Source: Guillardia theta CCMP2712 (taxonomy: Eukaryota; Protista; Cryptophyta). From it: a DNA stretch of 64,000 nucleotides. The stretch spans positions 62,253-126,252 of the forward strand of contig NW_005434577.1 in the NCBI RefSeq assembly GCF_000315625.1. The letters are read 5' to 3'. Below, piece by piece: positions 53,934 through 64,000 of this stretch; positions within the stretch are counted from its first letter, which is position 1, and every line of letters starts with the position of its first letter. Both the position numbers and the translations under genes were made by a program. The notes beneath the pieces were generated by a model, which worked only from the letters and a program-made list of their open reading frames with translations, did no database searches and had not been told where the DNA came from.

Positions 53934-54630
53934 GTGGTGCAGCAGGTGGTGGTGGAGCAGGTGCAGGTGGTGAAGCAGCAGGTGGTGGAGCAGCAGGTGG
54001 TGGAGCAGCAGGTGGTGGTGGTGGTGGTGGAACAGCAGCTGCAGGTGCAGGTGGTAGAGTCAGGTGCAGGTGGTGGTGGAGCAGCAAGTGGTGGTACAGC
54101 AGGTGGTGGTGGAGCAGCTGGTGGTGGTGGAGCAGCAGGTGGTGGTACAGCAGGTGGTGGTGTTGGAGCAGCTGGTGGTGGTGGAGCAGGTGGTGGTGGT
54201 GGAGCAGAAAGTGGTGATACAGCAGGTGGTGGTGGTGATAGTACAGCAGGTGGTGGTGGAGGTGGAGCAGCAGGTGGGTGGTGTTGGTGGTGGAACTCCT
54301 TTGTCGAGTGGAACGGGAGCTGATGGGTCATCTTCCACGGGAGGTGGAGGTCAAGTCATGGGTGGTACAGGTACTGGAGATCCTGGTGGAAAGTTTTATG
54401 GTGAAGACTGTGGGTTGAGTATTGACTGTGCAACACGCAAGAGAGGTAATGGAGGAGGTGCCGGTTCGTCATATTGGGGACATCCGAAGGTTCAATTGAT
54501 ATCTTGCTCTGGTGGGGGAACTGGAACTTCAACCACTGGTGGTCTCGCAGGTGTCATGACAGGCGTTTCTGTCACAATACCAAGCAATACAGGTACGTCG
54601 ATAACTGCCTGGCATGCCCATCGGGGATGA
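53934..54630 (+). repeat. (GGT/GCA)-rich low-complexity tract grading into a glycine-rich coding-like fragment
   Basis: GGTGGTGGAGCAGCA repeats, then GGGAGSSYWGHP...SGGGTG. Confidence 0.55.
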
Positions 54631-55080
54631 TCAGCGCGGGGGTTAGGGCGACCGAGTGCCTGCTCAGTGAACCTGTGCCACAACGGGACGGGGTACGTGA
54701 CTTGCAGCACCAACGCCGCCAACGACTACTTCTCTGGGACGGCGGAGGGGGTGTACGATCTGTGCCCTCGTCTCAGCTGACCCCCGCGGTCTCGAATGTA
54801 ACCCTCGAGTCCTGCATCCCTCCGACGATCTGCCAGGAAGGGACTACAGGATGGGGGAGATCCGCGGTGGCGGGGACGCTTCCACGCTGCTGGGTATGTC
54901 GATGCGGTCGGGATCGGGGCGAGATTCGACAAGCCGGTGGATGTCAGCATACTGTGGGACGAGACGGCTGCCTTCGTCTCAGACTACAACAACAACTGCA
55001 TCCGGACGATCGACAAGCTGACTGCGGCTGCACGACCTTTGCGGGGACTTGCCCCGTCGGGACCAACACGGACATCACGG
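54600..55080 (+). pseudogene. Fragment of a Cys-rich / NHL-repeat extracellular protein gene
   Basis: CLACPSG and an NHL-type repeat AGYVDAVGIGARFDKPVDVSILWDETAAFVSDYNNNCIRTID lie in different frames. Confidence 0.6.
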
Positions 55081-55877
55081 TCTTCAACTACTGGCTGATA
55101 CGGGGATGGTGACGGAACACAAGTTTGTTAGACTTTAACTATGCCAAAGTAATGCAGACCTCGTATCGACCTCAGCTGCAACAAGACAGTTTTTGCTCAA
55201 GACCGAGTTTATTGCGCACGAAACAGAGGTTGAGAGGCACATGAGAGTAGACTGTATGCTAGGATGTGAAATTGGCTTGAAAAACTGGAGCTACTTCTGG
55301 ATCGGTGAACAAGGTACAACTGCACCACATCCTCAAATGCCTTGAAACGGATGTTCCTGTTCCAACCTCGCGGCAGCAATCTCTGGTCACAAGTTCTTTA
55401 CGGTTCAAGTTTATCTTTTGGTCTTCAAATGCCGGCGGGCAAGCTTCTTCTCTCTTATCTTATTCTCCTTCTCTCTTCATTCCACCCGCTCGCCAGGCAT
55501 CTTCCTTTTATCTCTGTGCTGCACATCTAACAGCACTGCATGAAAATCTTCTTCAGAATGGACAATCCTTGAACAGTTATTGCCCACTCAGCATAACTGC
55601 AAATTGGACGTTTCATCGTATCTTGACTTGGAACTCTGCTGACATCTCTTCTTTGTGTGACTTTCTCACGTCCGATGTCTCATGTCTGGATGCTTGGGTT
55701 TCACATCCTAGCATACAGTCTATCTCTCATGTGCTTCTCAACCTCTGTTTCGTGCGCATTAAACTCGGTCTTGAGCACATCGGGCCGCCGGGACGAGCAC
55801 CTCCAACTGCCCCACCAAGCTGCCGCAGTGCCGCTGGCAGTGGGCCCAGGGCAGTGCCGACTGCAGTGCAGCCAACC

Positions 55878-56888
55878 GTGGTGTATGAGGGGGATGACTT
55901 GGAGTGCGGGTGGAAAGCCATGACGGTAGACGGCAGCGACAGGTCGAGCAAGAGGAGGAGGCTGGAGGGATCAGACAAGACGAGAGAGGAAGGAGGAGAG
56001 GGAGGCGACGACAATGCAGACATAGAGAAGCGAGTGAAGAAAAGAGCGAAAGTATGCGAGCACGGGCGGCAGCAATCAAAATGCAAGGGATGCGGGGGCG
56101 GCAGCATATGCGAGCACGGGCGGGTCCGATCACAATGCAAGGGATGCGGGGGCGGGAGCATATGCGAGCACGGGCGGCAGAGATCACAATGCAAGGAGTG
56201 CGGGGGCAGGAGCATATGCGAGCACGGGCGGGTCCGATCACAATGCAAGGGATGCTGGGGCGGGAGCATATGCGAGCACGGGCGGCAGCGATCGAAATGC
56301 AAGGGATGCGGGGGCAGGAGCATATGCGAGCACGGGCGGGTCCGATCGAGATGCAAGGACTGCGGGGGCAGGAGCATATGCGAGCACGGGCGGCGGCGAT
56401 CGGAATGCAAGGAGTGCGGGGGCAGGAGCACATGCGAGCACGGGCGGGTCCGATCGGGATGCAAGGGATGCGGGGGCAGCAGCATATGCGAGCACGGGCG
56501 GCAGCGATCAAGATGCAAGGAGTGTGGGGGCAGGAGCATATGCGAGCACGGGCGGGTCCGAACGCAATGCAAGGACTGCGGGGGCAGCAGCATATGCGAG
56601 CACGGGCTGCAGCGATCGAAATGCAAGGGGTGCGGGGGCAGCAGCATATGCGAGCACGGGCGGGTCCGATCGGTGTGCAAGGAGTGTGGGGGCAGCAGCA
56701 TATGCGAGCACGGGCGGGTCCGATCACAATGCAAGGGATGCGGGGGCGGGAGCATATGCCAGCACGGGCGGGTCCGATCGGGATGCAAGGGATGCGGAGG
56801 CGGCAGCATATGCGAGCACGGGCGGGTCCGATCGAGATGCAAGAGATGCGGGGGAGGGAGCAGCAGGTACAGACAGGCGAGGAGCTGA
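55878..56888 (+). CDS. CEHG Cys/His-repeat protein, 15 x 18-aa repeats, basic NLS-like N-terminus
   Basis: Array at 56055-56864; VVYEGDDLECGWKAMT...KRRRLEGSDKTREEG...KRVKKRAK shared with the 58646 copy; true start uncertain (Met at 55920). Confidence 0.8.
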   Translation: MVYEGDDLECGWKAMTVDGSDRSSKRRRLEGSDKTREEGGEGGDDNADIEKRVKKRAKVCEHGRQQSKCKGCGGGSICEHGRVRSQCKGCGGGSICEHGRQRSQCKECGGRSICEHGRVRSQCKGCWGGSICEHGRQRSKCKGCGGRSICEHGRVRSRCKDCGGRSICEHGRRRSECKECGGRSTCEHGRVRSGCKGCGGSSICEHGRQRSRCKECGGRSICEHGRVRTQCKDCGGSSICEHGLQRSKCKGCGGSSICEHGRVRSVCKECGGSSICEHGRVRSQCKGCGGGSICQHGRVRSGCKGCGGGSICEHGRVRSRCKRCGGGSSRYRQARS

Positions 56889-56910
56889 TCAGGTGCGGAC
56901 CTGATGTTGC

Positions 56911-57118
56911 TGTGCAGCAGGATGACTGGCTTGCAGGGACCGCATGGTCGCGCTCGGCAAGGAGGCAGCTGATGGGGGGAGGAGGGACGGCAGCGTGTGC
57001 TGGGCAGGCTTAGAGGGTGGCGATGTCGGCTCGGGATGGGAGACGCATGAGGGGAACATGGACGAGTGCTGGGCGACGATCATGAACGGCACTTGCATGG
57101 CTAGAGCAGGGAGGGTGT
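56911..57118 (+). repeat. 208-bp 3' segment shared by CEHG copies 2 and 3
   Basis: Matches 60523-60730 with two substitutions seen. Confidence 0.92.
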
Positions 57119-58320
57119 CGGCTGGTACTTGGAGATTGAGAGCATCGTGTGGGAGGAGGGGCAGCAGCTTCCTGCGCAACGCGGGCCCTTATCTTCTCCC
57201 CGGGCCCGCCCCATGCGTCGTGCAGTCCGATGGTCCGAGCCTGGTCTGCTCGAGGTCCTGCTGGACCGGCGGGACGGTGATGAGTTCTCCGTGCCGGGCG
57301 AAGTGTTGCTAGCTGGGGCTGGGGCTGGGGCTGGGGCTGGAAGTGGAGCTGGTCCTCCTCTTCTTGTTCTTCTCCTCCTTGTCTTGTCCGGCTTTTCCTT
57401 CCACAAGGACATGGACCTTCTCTTCTGATCTGCACAATCTCCTTGGCTTCTTCTTCATACGGTTGAGCTACCCATCTTGGAGGGCGGACAGCCCGGCGGT
57501 TTGCAGAGAACAATGACAGGTTGCTCGTAGTTTCTTCACATCATGTCAGACATACACAAGAAGCAACAAGGACATGGACCTTCTCTTCTGATCTGCACAA
57601 TCTCCGTTCATCCCATCTCCACCAGCGAGGGAGAACAAGTCCTCAAGCTTCAGATCTTGTCGACTTCCAAACAACCCGACCACTTCAAAATTCCTTGTCT
57701 GGTACGAATGTCAGATAATATCTGCCGTCGTAGAATACATCATCGTCCTCGTTGTCGTCGTAATCGTCATCATCATCATCATCATCATGATCTTCTTCTT
57801 CTTCTTCTTCTGCATCGTTGTCGTCGTCACCAACATCATGGTCATCACCTCTTGTCCTCCGCTCGCCCCTCCCTTGTTTCCCTTTCTCTCCTTTGCTCTC
57901 CTGTCCTTTCCTCTCCTGTCTTGTCCTCTCCTGTCCTGTCCTGTCCTGTTCCGTCCTGTCCGGTCCTGTCCTGTTCCGTCCTGTCCGGTCCTGTCCTGTC
58001 CTGTCCGGTCCTTTCCTCACCTCACCTCACCTCACCTCACCTCACCTCACCTCACCTCACCTCACCACCCCCTCTCTTCTACCCCCTGCCCCTCCCCTCC
58101 TTGGTCAACTCGAGCTTCTTGGATGGTGCCTCCCATGACGTCCTGCAAGGTGAAGCTCCCAGCTCACTCCGCTGGGAAACTATTCAGAGCCTGAATAGTG
58201 TCTGAATTCAGAGCAAATTTAAGTAAAACTTTAGTACCTACGCTACGCAATTCAGGGCTTCCATAAGACCTCTAGTGGTCGCGGCCCTCAGGGTGCCGCA
58301 GGGTGCCCAGGGTTTTTTGC

Positions 58321-58419
58321 AGGGTGCCGAGCCAACCGTGGTGTATGAGGGGGATGAGGGTGCCGAGCCAACCGTGGTGTATGAGGGGGATGAGGGTGCC
58401 GAGCCAACCGTGGTGTATG
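58321..58419. repeat. 36-bp tandem repeat (about 2.7 copies) containing CEHG-gene 5' sequence
   Basis: AGGGTGCCGAGCCAACCGTGGTGTATGAGGGGGATG; the core matches 55870-55896. Confidence 0.9.
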
Positions 58420-58645
58420 TGAGACTTTACTCAAAGTTAAGTTAAAAATCAGTACGAGGACAATCAGGAGAGTCGAGGAGGCCGCGCTTGACCCTGACAC
58501 TGTCGCACAGGCCAAACGGCGAGAAGAGAAAGACAGCGAGAACCAAACCTATTCCTGCCGACAGCTGTCCCCCAAACTTAACTGATACCTTCACTTAACG
58601 GCGCGCAGGACAAGTCCCCCGCGCGGCCATGCCAGCGATGTCGCG

Positions 58646-59779
58646 GTGGCCGCCGCCGAAGGGCGAGGCCGAGAGACCATCCAGCGCTGCCGTTTCCTTG
58701 TTCGCCGAGCGATCCGCCAGCCACCACAGAAAGCGCAACGTGAGGGGGATGACTTGGACGGAGCAGGTGTGGTGTATGAGGGGGATGACTTGGAGTGCGG
58801 GTGGAAAGCCATGACGGCAGGAGGCAGCGACAGGTCGAGGAAGAGAAGGAGGCTGGAGGGATCAGACAAGACAAGAGAGGAAGGAGAGGAGAGAGGGGAC
58901 ATCGATGCAGACATAGAGAAGAGAAGGAAGAAGAGAGCGAAAGTATGCGAGCACGGGCGGCAGCGATCGGTGTGCAAGGGATGCAGGGGCGGCAGCATAT
59001 GCGAGCACGGGCGGCAGCGATCACAATGCAAGGACTGCGGGGGCAGCAGCATATGCGAGCACGGGCGGGTCCGATCACAATGCAAGGGATGCAGGGGCAG
59101 CAGCATATGCGAGCACGGGCGCCAGCGATCGGGATGCAAGGGATGCAGGGGCAGCAGCATATGCGAGCACGGGCGGGTCCGATCGGTATGCAAGGACTGC
59201 GGAGGCGGGAGCATATGCGAGCACGGGCGGCGGCGATCGGTATGCAAGGGATGCGGGGGCAGCAGCATATGCGAGCACGGGCGGCGGCGATCGGGATGCA
59301 AGGAGTGCGGGGGCGGCAGCATATGCGAGCACGGGCGGGTCAGATCACAATGCAAGGACTGCGGAGGCGGGAGCATATGCGAGCACGGGCGGCAGCGATC
59401 GGTGTGCAAGGGATGCAGGGGCAGCAGCATATGCGAGCACGGGCGCCAGCGATCCAAATGCAAGGGGTGCGGGGGCAGCAGCATATGCGAGCACGGGCGG
59501 GTCCGATCGGTGTGCAAGGAGTGTGGGGGCAGGAGCATATGCGAGCACGGGCGGCGGCGATCGGTATGCAAGGAGTGTGGGGGCGGGAGCATATGCCAGC
59601 ACGGGCGGGTCAGATCACAATGCAAGGGGTGCGGGGGCAGCAGCATATGCGAGCACGGGCGGGTCAGATCACAATGCAAGGGATGCGGGGGCAGGAGCAT
59701 ATGCGAGCACGGGCGGGAGCGATCGGGATGCAAGGACTGCGGGGGAGGGAGCAGGAGGGTCAAGCTGGGGAGTAAGTGA
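58646..59779 (+). CDS. CEHG Cys/His-repeat protein, 15 x 18-aa repeats, basic NLS-like N-terminus
   Basis: Array at 58946-59755; RKRRRL and KRRKKRAK; start uncertain (Met at 58811). Confidence 0.8.
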   Translation: MAAAEGRGRETIQRCRFLVRRAIRQPPQKAQREGDDLDGAGVVYEGDDLECGWKAMTAGGSDRSRKRRRLEGSDKTREEGEERGDIDADIEKRRKKRAKVCEHGRQRSVCKGCRGGSICEHGRQRSQCKDCGGSSICEHGRVRSQCKGCRGSSICEHGRQRSGCKGCRGSSICEHGRVRSVCKDCGGGSICEHGRRRSVCKGCGGSSICEHGRRRSGCKECGGGSICEHGRVRSQCKDCGGGSICEHGRQRSVCKGCRGSSICEHGRQRSKCKGCGGSSICEHGRVRSVCKECGGRSICEHGRRRSVCKECGGGSICQHGRVRSQCKGCGGSSICEHGRVRSQCKGCGGRSICEHGRERSGCKDCGGGSRRVKLGSK

Positions 59780-60522
59780 TCAGATGCGGTCCTTCTTTGA
59801 CCGGTCTTTCTTTGACTGATTGATCTACCAAGTCATGTGACGGGTGACGTGAGCTTTTGGCCTCAATAGCTTCCTGCTGAGAAGTTTCATCTGTCACCAG
59901 CTGAGTCGCAGCTGAGTCGCAGGGGCAGTGAGGCCCGTCCGTCAATTGGTCGGAGTCAAATGAAGGGAGGACGGGTACGGAGGAGTAACGCTCTGAGTAA
60001 CCACAGTTCGGACAGGTCACTGGCATTGAAAGAAAGCAACACCTCTGACTTCCTTCACAAAGTAATCGTGGACGGTAGTTTGCAATGAATGCAAATACTC
60101 GAAGTGAGCAGTATTCGAGAAAGAAGGTTTCGCATGTTGCAGACATCACACACTATCTTCGCGTCGTCCGCGTCCCACAAATCACAACCACAGGATTGTA
60201 CAGTGAGTCGAGATAAAGACCTCAACTCACGACAAAAGCGGACTGGAGAGTTTTAAATCATCCAAACACAAGGTCTGACAGTTGTTAAACGCCGTCGTTG
60301 TTGTTCCAGGAATCAGTGACGGTGGTGAACACTGCGATGGTAACTACTATCTTCCAGTCACCATGAGTCGTCCAAGCCCTACGTTGCAAATGCCAGTATT
60401 GACTTTGTAAACTCCTCCGAGTCTTGGTGGATCTCGTCGATGTCCTGGAGGCTTGGCTGAGTAATTGGCTGAGTAACCTGCTGAGTAACCAGCGTGTGCG
60501 TAACCAGCGTGTGGATTTACTG

Positions 60523-60730
60523 TGTGCAGCAGGAGGACTGGCTTGCAGGGACCGCATGGTCGCGCTCGGCAAGGAGGCAGCTGATGGGGGGAGGAGGGAC
60601 GGCAGCGTGTGCTGGGCAGGCTTAGAGGGTGGCGATGTCGGCTCGGGATGGGAGACGCATGAGGGGAACATGGACGAGTGCTGGGCGACGATCATGAATG
60701 GCACTTGCATGGCTAGAGCAGGGAGGGTGT
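60523..60730 (+). repeat. Second copy of the 208-bp segment
   Basis: Matches 56911-57118. Confidence 0.92.
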
Positions 60731-60942
60731 AGGTATGAGAGCTCTGCGGAGGCGAGCTCAAGCCTCCGCAGGAAGGAATCTTATTGAGCAGGAGTGGGCA
60801 GCAAGAGAAGCTATGGTCTTGTCTCACAGCCACGAGGGCAGCAAGAGCTTTAACGGATACTGGACCTCTGGAGTACAACCCCTGTTGGGCGACAGAGTGT
60901 GCCAAGTACGGATGCTCGCTCGTGCCTGAGGAGCCTGACGTG

Positions 60943-61023
60943 ACCACCCCTGGTGGTTCCCCTCGACTATAAAAGGATCGTCACCACCCCTGGTGGTTCC
61001 CCTCGACTATAAAAGGATTGTCA
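60943..61023. repeat. 40-bp tandem duplication containing TATAAAA
   Basis: ACCACCCCTGGTGGTTCCCCTCGACTATAAAAGGATYGTC twice. Confidence 0.9.
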
Positions 61024-61384
61024 ACAACTGCCAAGGTTGGTCTGTCCTTTGTTATCAAATAAACTTCATACCTCTACTCCTCGCCTTTGTGTGCGATCCA
61101 GCGGAGGTGCCTTGACCATTCCGAGTTCGCTGTAGACGTACCGTCTGAGGACGAGGGCCTTCCGGGACACCGACAACACTCAGTCATGGCTGCTTGGAGG
61201 CAGTCGTTCAAGACACAACTGGCAACGATCTAGCGTTCCGAAGTTCCGCGTCCATGGCATATCACATGGTGACCCGCCGCACAGCGGCACGAGGTTGTGC
61301 GAGGTTCTCAGGAGGTTCTAGACCAGGTTCTAGACAGTGTTCTAGACACCGTTGCAGGTATGAGGGTGATGAAAAAAAAGATGA

Positions 61385-62850
61385 ATGTTAGGGGATGAGG
61401 TATACGTAGATGCGGAAAGGAAATGGCGACGAAGTGGAAATGGAGATGAGGGAGAAGACGATGAAAGAGAAGGTGAGAGAGGAGAGGAGAACAGACGAGA
61501 CGAGAGGGGAGGGGAGGAAAACAGACGAGACGAGAGGGGAGGGGAGGAGAACAGACGAGACGAGAGGGGAGGGGAGGAGAACAGACGAGACGAGAGGGAG
61601 GGAGGAGAACAGACGAGAGGGAGGGAGGGAGGGAGGGAGGAGAACAGACGAGACGAGAGGGAGGGAGGGAGGGAGGGACGAGGGAGACGAGACGAGACGA
61701 GACATGAGACGAGAGGGGAGGGGAGGGGAGGGGAGGGAAAAGGGGAGGGGAGAAGAGGAGCGGAGAGGAGAGGGAGGAGAAAGGGCGGGGAGAAGAGCGG
61801 AAGGAAGGGGAGGAGACCGGAGGATGTGGGAGAGCCAGGAAACGCGACGTCCTCAGTTAGATCGTTTCGATGCACAGGGAGCCAAGAGAACGCGAGACAA
61901 GAGCATGTTTGACTCTTCCCACCTTCAAACCGTCCTCGTTGTACGCCTTCATTCCCTGAAATCTTGCTCTCCTCCTTGACTGCTGCTCGCTCAGGCAGCA
62001 TTGACCTTCGCCCTCGGACTGTCCATCGGCAGCTCGAGAAGTTCCTACCAGGTGTAATGCCGTTGGAGGTAGTTGAAGCGCTGATGCCAGGATGGTGAAG
62101 GAGCCCAGGAGGAAGGAGGCAAAGTGGGTAGAGGCTGAAGACTATGGGAGGCAGCCGGCGAGACTAGTGAAGAGGGATCGGAAGGGGGAGGGGGAGGGGG
62201 AGAGGGAGGGGGAGGGGGAGGACAAGCGGCGGGTGTTCTCTCTTGCGGGCCCGGTGCGATGGGAGTGTCTCCCTCAGAAGGCGAAGGATGCTTTCACGTT
62301 GAACGGCAAGATCAGAGTGAGTCTATGGCGATGACAGGAGGACGAGGACGAGAGGAGGAGGAGGAGGGAGACGAGAGGAGAGGAGGAGAATGAGGACGAG
62401 AGGACGAGGACGAGAGAAGGAGGAGGATGAGGACGAGAGAAGGAGGACGAGAGAAGGAGGAGGACGAGGACGAGAGGAGAGGAGGATGACGAGGATGAGA
62501 GAAGGACAAAGACGAGGACGAGGATGAGGTTGAGAGGAGAGAAGGAGGAGAGGAGGAGGAAGAGGAGGGAAGATGGAGGAGAAGGTGGCTGGTGAACATG
62601 ACAGGAGATGTTTCCCTAGGTATATCCTTACTTCTTCGACGGGGACGGGCAGCAGGGGCAGGAGAGGAGGACATGGACGGACAATCAAATCGACGAGTGA
62701 GTTAAGAGGGTGAGAGGGGGAGGAGAACTGAGACTTGATGGGCAGATTGATGGGAAAAGCGAAGAGAGGAGAGGAGCTCTCGTTGGGGTACTGCGGAGCC
62801 AGCAAATACCTCCTATCAGCCTTCTCGTCGTTCTCTGTACACCTCCTGCT
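61385..62850 (+). CDS. Probable spliced gene of unknown function with purine-rich microsatellite introns
   Basis: Short coding-like blocks ending in GTGAGT donors (62317, 62697); no recognisable domain. Confidence 0.3.
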
Positions 62851-62889
62851 CCTGCTCCTGCTCCAGCTCCTGCTCCAGCTCCAGCTCCA

Positions 62890-62924
<35 letters not shown>

Positions 62925-63109
62925 AGCTCCAGCTCCTGCTCCAGCTCCAGCTCCAGCTCCTGCTCCAGCTCCAGCTCCAGCTCCAGCTCCAGCTCCAGCT
63001 CCCACTTGCTCCCCTGCTCCGCCTGTTCTTGATTCTTCTCCTCTACCCTCTGCTCTTCTTCATCCTCCTCTTCCTCCTCTTGTTAGGTTCTGACTTCTCA
63101 TGCAACAGA

Positions 63110-64000
63110 TTCAAAGCAAGCAGGCGATGGTGATCGGCTCTATCAACCCTTGGGTTGAAGCTTTGCTCCTCCTCAGCAAAGTAATACTCGAACTTGCTTC
63201 ACTTGTCTTGCTCTATTCTTCTCTTGTTCCTTGTCTATTTCCTTGCATTTCCCCTCCTCTCCTCTCCTCTCCTCTCCTCTCCTCTCCTCTCCTCTCCTTC
63301 TCTCCTCTCCTCTCCTCTCCTCTCCTCTCCTCTCCTCTCCTCTCCTCTCCTCTCCTCTCCTCTCCTCTCCTCTCCTCTCCTCTCCTCTCCTCTCCTCTCC
63401 TCTCCTCTCCTCTCCTCTCCTCTCCTCTTTACCCCGCCTTGCTTCTCTTTCTCTTCTCTCCCCTCCCTTCCCTTCACCTCCTCTCCATTCAATTTCTTGT
63501 TCCTTTCTTCTTCTCACACCGCAGCAGGTCTCCACCTTCGAGCAGTGGTCCGATGTTGTTTTCAGCGCTCTCGCGGTCACTCAGCCGGGGCAGCAGCCGA
63601 TCCCCCAGCAGCAGCCCAGCAGCATACTCTTCTTCCACCTGTGGGTCATCATCTCCTGCTTCTTCCTCCTCCAGCTCGTCATCGGCGTCCTCATCGACGC
63701 CATCAATCAAAGGAGCGGCATCGCCCTCTACACGGACACCCAGCGCAACTGGTTGAGGATGCGCATGCGCATGAGCTCCCTCAACCCGCTCCTCCCCGAC
63801 CACGTTCCCCGAACCAACCTCCGTTACCGGTACTGCTCTCCTCCTCCTCCTCCTCCTCCTCCTCCTCCTCCTCCTCCTCCCTCCCTCCCTCCCTCCCTCC
63901 CTCCCTCCCTCCCTCTCGTTTCCTCCTCATGCTGTTGCAGGCTGTCGACGCTGGCTAACAGTCGGCTGCTTCTGGAGGGCGTCACGGCAGTGATAGTGCT
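63110..64000 (+). CDS. Part of a 4-domain voltage-gated Ca2+/Na+ channel alpha subunit (domain III pore-S6, III-IV linker, domain IV S1)
   Basis: Spliced reading EALLLLSK|VSTFEQWSDVVFSALAVTQPGQQP...LFFHLWVIISCFFLLQLVIGVLIDAINQRSGIALYTDTQRNW...|RLSTLANSRLLLEGVTAVIV; main exon 63528-63829. This frame is missing from the ORF track. Confidence 0.8.

Noticed and set aside
55305-55870. N-terminal 190 aa of the 527-aa ORF
   Set aside because: GTG start, no similarity to the paralogue and non-coding-like composition; probably a fortuitous extension.
55727-57013. Overlapping alternative-frame ORFs (MRARAG.., PCSHMLLPP.., ARARICC..) over the CEHG arrays, also at 35 kb and 59 kb
   Set aside because: A by-product of a stop-free 54-bp unit; only the CEHG frame joins the conserved basic N-terminus and gives a metal-ligand pattern.
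61385-63760. Low-complexity ORFs (EERRG, SSPLL, PAPAPA, GAGAGA)
   Set aside because: Translations of intronic microsatellites; the real coding frame at 63528-63829 is the channel exon.

Overview
Eukaryotic nuclear DNA from a protist/alga. Short (~45-60 nt) GT-AG introns, microsatellite-stuffed introns and CEHG Cys/His-repeat genes are consistent with a cryptophyte such as Guillardia; this assignment is an inference. The window contains: (i) a cluster of short decaying paralogues (MCSISPVSW / CLDNILAAR family) and a 35-bp satellite at 0-7 kb; (ii) two secreted VLR-like LRR paralogues; (iii) ordinary spliced genes: an EF-hand/WD40/C2 protein, a GPALPP1/DUF3752-like protein, a coiled-coil protein, an Rpp14/Pop5-like protein and calnexin; (iv) a young chromodomain-bearing Ty3/gypsy LTR retrotransposon with intact pol, a clear -1 frameshift signal and a broken gag; (v) a ~17-kb gene for a giant secreted protein of filamin-type Ig repeats with about 16 nested PA14 domains; (vi) three genes built from 54-bp/18-aa CEHGRxRSxCKxCGGxSI repeats whose variation is concentrated at a few codons, the most intriguing candidate system here (TALE/PRDM9-like modular code); (vii) a patchwork of duplicated fragments at 53.8-61.3 kb and part of a 4-domain voltage-gated channel gene at the right edge. 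Exon boundaries were read by eye and are approximate.
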